DNA of 64,000 nucleotides from Barthelona sp. PCE (lineage: Eukaryota), in assembly GCA_040285745.1 (NCBI GenBank), contig JAUFOR010000002.1:1488001-1552000 (forward strand), read 5' to 3'. The translations under genes and the position numbers were made by a program. Below the pieces are notes generated by a model, which was not told the origin of the DNA, made no database searches, and saw only the letters and a list, made by a program, of their open reading frames with translations. Of this stretch, positions 1-9,870 are shown piece by piece (within the stretch, counting starts at the first letter, position 1; each line of letters opens with the position of its first letter).

Positions 1-1
1 T

Positions 2-3000
2 GTTACTTTCGGAATTGAGGTTACTGATAAGGCATATGACATCAAGTCAGTGCGTACTCTGGACGTCGAGATGAGTGCACCAGAACCCGCACCTCTTTCT
101 ATTGATAATTCTAATGAGATTTCTGCAGCTTCAACACTAGTCCGTGATATGAACAAGGCTTTAACCGATCCTGCCAAACAAGCATCTCAAAATGCGCACC
201 TGAAGGATCTTACAAAGGGTCTAAAAAGTGTCTTTTCTAGACCATCAACAAATTCATTCATGGGAAGAATCAAAAAGAAGCGTGTTCTTGCTCATGTCAA
301 AGCATCTTTGTTGGATGTTGCTGGTTTGGTTCGCAACTCTGGTTCTTCTGGTAACGACACAATTGACTTCACTGATGAAGAGATTGACGCCATGACCACT
401 GAAGAACTGATGCCGATCATTGATCTTGCATCGTTGTACTCCATGTATGATGAGCTCGGTGTGATTTCACCCATCGACATAGTCAGCAACTTGTTGGTTA
501 TGGTGGATTCTGACTCGTCGACCGCGCTCATGCCAACTATTCTCGATCTTTGTGATTACTTGCCTTATGCGTTCCTCGATGAGGACACTGATGCTGTCAA
601 GGAAGCAACTGGTGAGTCACTTATGACTTTGGTCAACACCATGTTAACCACCCTGAAGGACCGCCAGTTCGAGAATGAAACCGTTCTTGAGTGGGCACAC
701 GAAGTTGCAGTCTCTGGCTTCAATCTCATGGCACGCTACAGCGACGAGCAAGAGGGTGATATGTTTAATGAAAGCCTCATCAACGCGGCCTTTGTCAAGG
801 ATAACATCGCAGACTTGGTCAACATGACTGAGTCTACTTTCACCTTCACGGGTGACTCCGAAACCGATGACGACCGCGAACTCACTGTGGGATATATGAC
901 TGTGCCTTTCGCCGGCTCCCACTTTGAGTATGTCGAAGGCTTAATTGGTTTCAGCGACGTCTTCTCCCTCAAACTTCAGTATCAGAATACCGAGCTCGAG
1001 ATTTCTGATGTCGACTTAACTTCCATCTCCTTTGGACTCCCAATTGTGGGCTCATACGAGAAGAACGTCACTGCATCTGATATTACTGTCATGCGTTTCG
1101 ATGGCGAGACTTGGGTTCCTGCCCAGTGCTCCGTCACATACGCACCGTTCGCAAGTACAGTATCGTTCACGTGTACTGAGACAGGCACTTTCGCTGCGTT
1201 CGTCACCAAGGCCATGAGCTGCGGATCGACTTTCTTTGGCGAAGACTGCGACGAGTGTGTCCGTAACCACTACGGTGAGCACTGCGAGCCATGTCCTCTC
1301 GAATCCCCCAACGGTATATGTGACGCCGGAATCACTGGAACTGGTGCTCTTGTGTGTGTCTCTGACGCATACAGCGGTGAGCTTTGTGACACATGTAACT
1401 CCGGTTACTACGAACAGGGCTCTGCCTGTATCACATGTCCTCCCTGCGAGCGCGGTACGTGTCTTGATGGCACCGGTAACGGAACCTGTCAGTGCGAGCA
1501 GTACTTCACCGGTACTCTCTGTAACATGTGCGAGTTCGGCCGTACTGGTACTGATTGTGATGAGTGTATCCCCAAATACTACTCATCTGAATGTATCGCG
1601 GCTGGCGCTTGTATCCACGGCACTTTGTTCGATGGCTTCAACGGCAACGGCAGCTGTGTGTGTAACGAAGGTTACACCGGTGCTGATTGTTCAGAAACCG
1701 ACTCTGGTTACTATGGTCCCAACGCTGTCCCATGTCGCTCTTGCGAAAACGGCGGTACATGCGACGATGGTACTTCCGGATCAGGTATGTGTCTCTGTCC
1801 CGCAGGCTACAACCCCGGTACAAACTGTTCTGCATGTATGCCCGGATATGTCGGTGCTTCTTGTGAGCTTGCCCGTGACTGCGGACCCGGTGGTGTTGTT
1901 TTTGACGGAATCACCGGAAACAACACGTGCCTTTGTGCAACTGGTTTCAACTCCAGCGCAGGTGGTGTGTGTGACGTTTGTGAGAGCAACCGATTCGGTG
2001 CTGCCTGTACAGTCTGTCCTTCATGCGACAACGGCCACTGTAGCGATACCGCTTCCGGTGACGGTAAGTGTATTTGCGATGAGTACTGGTCTGGTGCACT
2101 CTGCGATGAGTGTATTCCAGGTCGTCGCGGCTCAGACTGTTCCCTTTGTATGGAGGGTCTTGTAGTGGACAGCAACGACGAGTGTGTACTCTGCGATGCC
2201 GGATACTTTGGTGCAACATGTGAGAAGTGTCCTACATGTGTCCAGGGATCCTGTAACGATACTATCACTGGTGATGGTGTTTGCGAGTGTAACCAGTATT
2301 GGACTGGTACGCTGTGTGATGTCTGTGAACCTGGACGCGAGGGTTCTAACTGTGATCAGTGTATCCAGGGTCTTGTAGTGGACAGCAACGACGAGTGTGT
2401 ACTCTGCGATGCCGGATACTTCGGTGCAAAGTGCGAGAAGTGTCCTGCTTGTGTCCACGGAACGTGTAACGATACCATAACTGGTGACGGCATGTGCCTC
2501 TGTGAAGAGGGAACCACTGGTGGTCTTTGTGATCAAACCCTACCCGGCTACCGCATTGAGAACAACACAGTCATCAAGACGTGTCTCATCGACTGCCAGG
2601 GCAACTCTTTCTGTAACGAGTCACTTTCCGATCCTATTTGCGTGTGTCGCGCAGGCTGGTCTGGCGCTAACTGCGATGTCCCCGTCTGTAACGACTGCGC
2701 GGGTAACTGTGTTGCCCCTGACACATGCGTCTGTAGTGGTACCTTCACCGGTGCTAACTGCGACGAATGTAAGAACGGCTGGGAAGGCGATTTGTGCGAC
2801 GTTCCTATCTGTAACTCCACATGTGTCCACGGCACTTGCGTAGCCCCCGAGCGCTGTGAGTGCGATGCCGATTTCCGAGGTGTTCTGTGCGACGAGGCCA
2901 TTCCCAAGTGCCCTGTCTGCCCCGCCAACGGTTTCTGCAACAAGGATAAGGAGTGCCAATGTAAGCACGGTTGGACCGGCGATGAGTGCGATGAGCAAGT

Positions 3001-4942
3001 CACGTTGGATGAATCTAACTCTGTGTTCTACAAACGCATCAATAACTTTGATTCCGAGCCTGTTTTATCAGTGATCATCGGTAACAACACTTATGTTATT
3101 CTTGATGACGCTGAGATACATCGTATCACCAATAACGAGGATGAGAAGATTTCCGAAGCACTTGAGGGTGATGTCGTTCATGTATTTGTCCAAGAAGAGT
3201 TTGTAATCTACCATGATGATGTGATTAAGGTGTTCAGCTTCAGCGCGAAAGAATGGGAACCAGTTTCAGCTCCCTCAAATGGTGCTATCTCTATTGCTCC
3301 TAATTCAATTGGTATTGGTGTTGTTGATGGTATCCTCTTTGTCGGTAGTAACCATGTGTTCATGGATATGCCTTCAATGAATCTTTCAACTGTGAACATC
3401 ACCGATAGTCCGAACCTCGGTCCATCTGCGATCTTTGATGCAAAGTCAGCCAGGCACAGTAATGTTGTAGTGCACGCTGACACCCAGCTCAAGCTTTACG
3501 GATACCTTCCGGATAATAGATGGGTTACTTATGATCCCATCGATATCGAGTGTCCTGCCATTTCAGTGAACATATTTGACAATGATGTCATTATCGTGTG
3601 TCCCACATTAAATGCAACACACGCTGCCATTGTTAACGTCTCTGAAAACTCACATACCATTGAGTACATTCAGACCGACACCACTCTTCTGAGTGCAGGT
3701 CACCTCACCATTGACGATGATGGATTAACCATTGTCGGCCAGCACTCCACCACGACCATTGGCACTAAGCCTCCTGTCGAGGTTGATCCGTTCGCTGTCG
3801 AGGCAACTGCTCCTCAAACCGTTTCTGGTGATATTCTTGTTTCTTACGATGGCGATCTCTTCATCATAAGCGACACTATGCCTTACGTGAAGCGCTACGT
3901 CGAGGCTGACGACCGCTGGGACGAGTACACCATGTCCGTGACAACAACCGCAACCGACTTCATCGGCAATTGCGCAGCCTCACGTGCATCTACCACAGGT
4001 ACCACGACACGCATTGTGTGTGTCGATGCTGACCAGAAGGCAACACTGCAGGTACTCACAGTCGATTGGGAACTTTCAACAATTTACATGGACTCGATCC
4101 CCATCGCTTCCGATGTTGCAGAGCTCTCCGACGCCTCCCTCGCTGCCTCCAAAACGCACTTCTTCATCATGGGTAAGACTGCGCACTCATCGCTCCTCTT
4201 CAAGATCGATAATGTGTTCATGAGCACTCTCACAGTCTCTCTCAAGGATACAGTTCCTGCCGCCGCATCAACGATCGTCGTTGATGATGACATTTACATG
4301 TTCGGTGGTAAGCCCGTAACTCAGGTGATGTACGTAGTCAACACTCGCTCAGGTGTCGTCACCAAGAATGACGTTAATGACGCGCATGTCGCGTTCGCTG
4401 GTCTCACTGGTGGTTGGAAATTTGGCTCTAAGCTCGCCACATACGGCACGAACCCCGTCACCGGTACTACTGTTGGTTTCGTGATTGATACTGAAACACT
4501 CGACGTTCTGCGTCTGCCCGCTGAACTCGGTGGTGTGTCACTCGATGGTAAGGTCGTTAAATCTCTCGGTCCTCGTACCGGCGGCTCCGCCCTCGTTCTC
4601 CTGGCTGACGACATGGCTGGAACCAACCCTTCCGTTGTCGAGTTCACGTTCTATGATGTGTGCGGTGTCCAGTCGTCGTCTGGCTCCGTGTGTAACGTTG
4701 AGACCGGTACTTATGTCACCGAACCTGAACCCGAACCTGAGAAGGAGTCTTCCTACTTCGGCATCATTATGATTGCTATATTTATCAGCATCTTTGTTAT
4801 TGGAGCTATATATATGAATAAGAAGATTGATGAAAAACCTGAAATGGATTTATATGCACCAAATTTCATGCAAATGGAGATGTATCCCAACCAAACTCGT
4901 GCACCAATTGTAGCTGATGTTCAAAGAAGCGCTGAGCTCTAA
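2..4942 (+). CDS. Large type-I membrane surface protein, 5'-partial: GAIN/GPS-like region, long EGF/laminin-EGF repeat array, beta-propeller/Kelch-like region, one TM helix, short tail
   Basis: The frame is open from base 2, so the gene starts upstream of the window. GPS-like motif FDGETW..C...FTCTETGTFAAF; many CxC..G.xG..C EGF units; TM FGIIMIAIFISIFVIGAIYM; stop TAA at 4940-4942. Confidence 0.85.
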   Translation, partial: VTFGIEVTDKAYDIKSVRTLDVEMSAPEPAPLSIDNSNEISAASTLVRDMNKALTDPAKQASQNAHLKDLTKGLKSVFSRPSTNSFMGRIKKKRVLAHVKASLLDVAGLVRNSGSSGNDTIDFTDEEIDAMTTEELMPIIDLASLYSMYDELGVISPIDIVSNLLVMVDSDSSTALMPTILDLCDYLPYAFLDEDTDAVKEATGESLMTLVNTMLTTLKDRQFENETVLEWAHEVAVSGFNLMARYSDEQEGDMFNESLINAAFVKDNIADLVNMTESTFTFTGDSETDDDRELTVGYMTVPFAGSHFEYVEGLIGFSDVFSLKLQYQNTELEISDVDLTSISFGLPIVGSYEKNVTASDITVMRFDGETWVPAQCSVTYAPFASTVSFTCTETGTFAAFVTKAMSCGSTFFGEDCDECVRNHYGEHCEPCPLESPNGICDAGITGTGALVCVSDAYSGELCDTCNSGYYEQGSACITCPPCERGTCLDGTGNGTCQCEQYFTGTLCNMCEFGRTGTDCDECIPKYYSSECIAAGACIHGTLFDGFNGNGSCVCNEGYTGADCSETDSGYYGPNAVPCRSCENGGTCDDGTSGSGMCLCPAGYNPGTNCSACMPGYVGASCELARDCGPGGVVFDGITGNNTCLCATGFNSSAGGVCDVCESNRFGAACTVCPSCDNGHCSDTASGDGKCICDEYWSGALCDECIPGRRGSDCSLCMEGLVVDSNDECVLCDAGYFGATCEKCPTCVQGSCNDTITGDGVCECNQYWTGTLCDVCEPGREGSNCDQCIQGLVVDSNDECVLCDAGYFGAKCEKCPACVHGTCNDTITGDGMCLCEEGTTGGLCDQTLPGYRIENNTVIKTCLIDCQGNSFCNESLSDPICVCRAGWSGANCDVPVCNDCAGNCVAPDTCVCSGTFTGANCDECKNGWEGDLCDVPICNSTCVHGTCVAPERCECDADFRGVLCDEAIPKCPVCPANGFCNKDKECQCKHGWTGDECDEQVTLDESNSVFYKRINNFDSEPVLSVIIGNNTYVILDDAEIHRITNNEDEKISEALEGDVVHVFVQEEFVIYHDDVIKVFSFSAKEWEPVSAPSNGAISIAPNSIGIGVVDGILFVGSNHVFMDMPSMNLSTVNITDSPNLGPSAIFDAKSARHSNVVVHADTQLKLYGYLPDNRWVTYDPIDIECPAISVNIFDNDVIIVCPTLNATHAAIVNVSENSHTIEYIQTDTTLLSAGHLTIDDDGLTIVGQHSTTTIGTKPPVEVDPFAVEATAPQTVSGDILVSYDGDLFIISDTMPYVKRYVEADDRWDEYTMSVTTTATDFIGNCAASRASTTGTTTRIVCVDADQKATLQVLTVDWELSTIYMDSIPIASDVAELSDASLAASKTHFFIMGKTAHSSLLFKIDNVFMSTLTVSLKDTVPAAASTIVVDDDIYMFGGKPVTQVMYVVNTRSGVVTKNDVNDAHVAFAGLTGGWKFGSKLATYGTNPVTGTTVGFVIDTETLDVLRLPAELGGVSLDGKVVKSLGPRTGGSALVLLADDMAGTNPSVVEFTFYDVCGVQSSSGSVCNVETGTYVTEPEPEPEKESSYFGIIMIAIFISIFVIGAIYMNKKIDEKPEMDLYAPNFMQMEMYPNQTRAPIVADVQRSAEL
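2154..2421 (+). repeat. Intragenic duplication with a 213-bp (71-aa) period in the EGF array
   Basis: 2154-2208 and 2367-2421 are identical over 55 bp (AGGGTCTTGTAGTGGACAGC...GGATACTT). Protein similarity continues on both sides. Confidence 0.95.
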
Positions 4943-4976
4943 TTAAATAAATGCTTTATTAATGAAAAGAAATTTA

Positions 4977-5615
4977 CTATTGAAGCTGCTCAATAATAGG
5001 CTCAACTTCACCTTGATCTACCATTTCTAGGATTTCAGTCTCAGACTCATCAGACTCATCAGACTCATTAGGTTCGTACGTGGGGTCTTTGCTCTCTCCT
5101 TCGTCATCAGGCATACGTTCAATATTGATTAATTCCTCATCAATATGTTCACCATTCATTAAACCAGAGTAAAAAGCCCAGTCACGGTGGACAATGGCTT
5201 GTTGCTTTGCAATGAGTGGGACAAAGAAGATGATGCTCAAAAGAAGGCCCATTGAAAGGCCATACCAATCAGAAACATTCATCATATACAGAACTGAAAC
5301 AATCCAAGAAGCAGTCATGAAAAGATGATTAACTTGAGCAAAATTGTTCATTCCACCCCATGGAAGAACGAAGAGACCCATTGTGCCATAAAACATAAGA
5401 GGCAAAACAGCTACTGTAATGAAAAATGAAGGTATTATGCGCTTAAAAGCAAGCACTGTGCCCACAATGTGAGTGATACCTGCCCACGCACAACAGTTGA
5501 CAAGAAGCCAGTTTTTGACACCAATAGAAAGCTGAGAAAGGAAGTAGTTGGTGCTCATGGCTGTCATAAGACCCATGAGTACGTTGAGAGTATATATCAA
5601 GGTGATTAGTTGCAT
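4977..5615 (-). CDS. Uncharacterised multi-pass membrane protein (about 5 TM) with acidic C-terminal tail
   Basis: 212-aa ORF with ATG start, several hydrophobic helices and a D/E-rich tail. Confidence 0.75.
   Translation of the reverse strand: MQLITLIYTLNVLMGLMTAMSTNYFLSQLSIGVKNWLLVNCCAWAGITHIVGTVLAFKRIIPSFFITVAVLPLMFYGTMGLFVLPWGGMNNFAQVNHLFMTASWIVSVLYMMNVSDWYGLSMGLLLSIIFFVPLIAKQQAIVHRDWAFYSGLMNGEHIDEELINIERMPDDEGESKDPTYEPNESDESDESETEILEMVDQGEVEPIIEQLQ
5041..5067. repeat. 9-bp tandem repeat (TCAGACTCA x3) encoding the ESD repeat of the acidic tail
   Basis: Read directly from the sequence. Confidence 0.9.
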
Positions 5616-6108
5616 TGTATAATAATGTACAAACCTAAACTATATTTGAAAAATAGAAAAGGAGAGAAAAGCGAAACATTCTTTAAGGATGCACAAATGA
5701 CTACAGTAGCTAAAACTGCTGTTAGATTGAATATGGTGTTGATATTAACAAACTCTCTTTACTTGTGGTGAAAACATTTCCAACTTTTTTTTCTTTTGTG
5801 CTTACACTGTAAGAATAAAAAAGTGTAGTTCAACAACATGAGATCAATTTTCCATCAAAGATCATACTTCGTAGACTGTGTAAATCCTTAAACAAAATTT
5901 TTTATGAAAAAATGATGTGCCAGGGAGGAAAAAACTCAAATGAGTTTACCATGAGTTTAATCATTGCAAATGATATTGATAGATGGTAAACGGATTTTCA
6001 ACATATCGAATATGGTGTGTAATTATTGTTAAAACACATGAAGATAAAATACTATTCAATTGTTCAAGTAATAGTAAAATTGGATCCTCCAAACATGAAA
6101 GTGAAAAG

Positions 6109-9100
6109 CTATGATGCCTCATCAAATTTTTCAAACCCACTTTCATCATCACTTTCAACCAGTAAAGAATGTTGTAAATAATTATTGGATTCAGATTTTA
6201 TATTATCAAACAAATTACTTGATGTTCGCTTCCTGGCAAGCTCTTCCAACTCCCTGAACCTAAATTCGTCAACATGTTCAGAATAGTCGGATATTCGGGC
6301 TGAATCTAAACACACCCAATGATGTAGTGACCGGTGGAGCCTCATTTTCAATCTTAAAGTAGCGTGTAAAGTAGCCTTGCCCATTTGACTCTCCAAAAAT
6401 GCATAGTGAGAAAAAACGCGCTCAACTGGACACGTTGTAGCGGGTGTATTAAGGAATTCAGGTAGGTCTTCGCATAAACTAATACTGAACGCGTTATTAC
6501 TAACTTTTGCAAACCAAAAGGGTGCACTTGCGACATACTGTTTGAAAAAAAATTTGTTATTAGCACATCTATCAAAATACATCGCAAACGCAGTGATAAC
6601 AAGGGTTTTGACGTCTTCAAGAAGGCCGAGACTCGCTCCTGAATCACATTTGACAGTGCCAATTACATTTTCTTTTTCATCCTTCACTTTCATTTCCTCA
6701 AAACCACGCATGCAACAGCGTACTGCAGAATGAATATGTAAGTCGTTGACGCAACTTGGCTTCAGATTCGCCTTAATTCTTGTAGCTTTATCTTTATGCA
6801 TTGTATTAGTATCATTGACATTATCAAACATAATTGTAAGCAAAGAAGAGGGTAAGTCAGCTGAGTATGGCGATTCTTCTATGATATCAGGCACTTCCTT
6901 ATCAATAATAGGAATAGAATTAGGCATTGAGATGTCGTATTCCTGAATATCTCTAATTATTGAATGAAATTGAATAATTGTTTGTTGTAGTGTAAAACTA
7001 TCTTGTTCAATTAGCAGAGACAGTTTCTTGAACCTTCTTACAACGAAGCAGAAGAATAGAACCCATCTCAGCTCATCTTCAGTAAAGGAACAGTAAATCG
7101 TATTAAGCGGATCTCCATCAGGATCGTTAATAATGCTCTCAATCTGCTTAAAGATATCAGTAATGGCAAAGGCCTTTGCAAAATTGTCATTAAACTTACT
7201 AGAATCTTCAAAAAGAGTCTCAAAAAACAACTGGAAAATGACTCGTGTTTTTCCATATAAATTTGACCAGACAGGCAGCACTCTTCTTAAAATGGCAACC
7301 TGTTCTTTGTTTGCAATGAAAAGCTGTCTAATATGCTCGAATAAATCCTCTAAATAAATTGGAACAATCGTATGCGATGCATAATCCTTGTACCATCCTT
7401 TCTTTTCATCTTCTTTAAGTACCCTCCTAATTGCTTCGTCGAAAACCGATTCTTCATAATATCCAATGTTGAAATTCAATGTTTCCTTAAAGAAATGATC
7501 GAAATTATTCTGGGTAACCTGATTATACCACTTATAAGGCATTCTATCTTTTAGAGAATTGCTCCATCTCTTCTTTTCCTTTTCTTTTTGAGTAGCGCTC
7601 ATGTTTCTGTAGGGCTTTTCCTTCATTGGTATTCCATTTTCTTCAGCTTCTTGCTCAGAGCGGGTTTTTAAAACGTAAAAGTATTCACCCAAAAAACAAT
7701 CAATAAGACATATAAGTGATTTGTTCCTTTCAGTGTTATAAATAATGTCACAATTCTGAATGGAAAAGTAATTAACAAGCTTTGTAAACTGTTTTTGAAA
7801 AGTTCCAGGTTCCACTCTCATGTAATTCCCTCTTGTTTCAATTGTAATAACAGGTACAAAGCAGCGGATAAAGTTGTTTACCATATGTGACATACAATTA
7901 AAAGGTAAAACTGGAACTTTGTAATTGTGCAAGTAGTGTTCCAAAAGTATTCCCTTTAATTTTTCTTCTGAAACAATCTCTGTACTCGATACAATGTCCA
8001 AATAATCATGCTCATTGAACTGCGAACTAAAGCGATCAGCACCAGTGTTACTTGAATAACGTTCCACGATGCTATCAATCATTTTAATTACTAAATTATT
8101 TCCATATCCAATTCCTTTAAAATATACTTCAACAAAATTCAACGCCTTTAACTCAGGCAATCCACGATCAGAAATGAAATAAAGCTGCTTAGCCTTATGT
8201 AATCCAAAGCGGAAAACAGTGGAAATAATTGCGTTGAAAATGTAATTATGTTTACCTTTCATATCAAAATGAACGTCTAAAAGAATAAATTTGTTACGAA
8301 TAGTGGACAAAATCTGTTCATAATGAATTGGTGTAACGTCATCATGGGAAATAAATAATGCATTCGAAAATATTGGGTGATCAATATTGAAACTTTTTGT
8401 TTCAGTTGGTATCTTTATCATGATCGCCATAATTGAATCTTTGACAGTGTTAGGTGTCCACTTATCCAACATCAAATGCACTGGAAGACCTTCTTCAACG
8501 ATAGACTTGCATAATTGTTTGCAATAAACATATCGAGCTTGCTCTGCACACTGCAACAATTTCGTGTCTTTGGATGATCTTTTTGGGGATGTGATTTGAT
8601 ATTTCCCTTTCACATTCTTTGAAAAACATAAAAGATCAGAAATTGCATCAATAGTATCAATCGACTGATCGTAACATTCAGCTGCAACATAAGTATGCAT
8701 ATTTAACTCTGCTAAATACTTAGATATTTGGATTGGTAATATTGCTTCGCAAGAACCTTGTATGATAATCCAAAAACCTACTATAAAGAGTTTCTTAAGC
8801 TCTATATTAAGTTTTGTTCTGTTTTCCGGATTATTATCCTTTATATTCAAGTTTATCAGACTCCATTGTGAGGTACGGGGCCATCCAGCTGGTGGAATGG
8901 ACTTCTCAGGGACAAATATCTTGCTAAATGATAGTTTATACATTTTTTCTTCCCATTTTTCACTACATAACACATAATTTCCATCAAGCTGGAAGAGATG
9001 GGTTGATTCCATGTTAGAACTAATAGAATTTCTGATTCTTTTCATCCAAAAAATGAAGTCCTTTTCATCCACTAAACCTTCATTACACTTTTTTTTAAAC

Positions 9101-9600
9101 GTATCCCATCTGTTAATAAGTTTTGTATTGATGTAATTTCTACATGAATAACACCTATCACGTAAATGTGCCATCTTGGTTGAGTTTAGGTTCTTAACAA
9201 TCGTCTTTCCCTCAAATATGTCATTTCTCTGCCCTTCTAACTGGGTTACAAAAAAGTTGAGATCATCAGCTATTATATGGAAATCACGGGAATCCACATA
9301 AATCAAACCAATTTGACTTTGCTTGGTGGTATTCTTTCCAAATGGAGTAACTGCTGATCTTGGTAAAAAACCATCACGATTGCCAGGTTCCATGGTTGCA
9401 ATATGGTTTTTGAAAAATTCTAAAGCACTTTTTTGCAATTCATCATCTGGGTTCCTTTTTTCAATTTCGTCACAGACATCATTCATAATTTTCTTTAACA
9501 AAGCTTCTTCATGCGCAACTTTATCGTTCCTTCTCTTGTGCTTCAAGATTTTTTCTAAATCTTCATTAACATGTTCAATGAACTGAATTTTCGTTGACAT
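6109..9600 (-). mobile_element. hAT-superfamily DDE transposase (1163 aa), active or domesticated
   Basis: hAT motifs in the expected order: LMLDKWT (first D), FISDRG (second D), CMSHMVN (CxxH), PVWSN (RW-equivalent), PATTCPVERVFS (catalytic E, hAT C-terminal motif). The ORF is uninterrupted and more AT-rich than its neighbours. Confidence 0.8.
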
Positions 9601-9870
9601 GTTGATCTACTGAGATTTAAATGTGCATAAAAAGAAAAGCTAGTAGGAAAATTTTGCTTAAAAAACAACAGAAACAATTTTACACTCTTTAAAGCAGACT
9701 TTAATAAAAATCAAACTTACTCGTACATTTTGGTGACCAGCATATTCAGCATGTGTTGTCAATTTAATAAATTGAGAAATGGTGTATCTTCTTGAAAAAA
9801 ATTATGAATTTACTTTTCACTAAACTCTTAAAAGGAATTCTAAATATTTTACTAAAAACTAACTAGTTGA

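Noticed and set aside
292-4772. Many alternative-frame and antisense ORFs over the EGF gene (for example 1236-2165, 309 aa), and similar ones over other long genes
   Set aside because: Shadows of biased codon usage and repetitive Cys-rich coding; no recognisable motifs.
9601-9760. Possible upstream exon and intron for the hAT gene (GTAAGT on the minus strand near 9720)
   Set aside because: The upstream ATG frame does not join the transposase frame at the nearby AG sites, and there is no adjacent ACTAAC branch motif.
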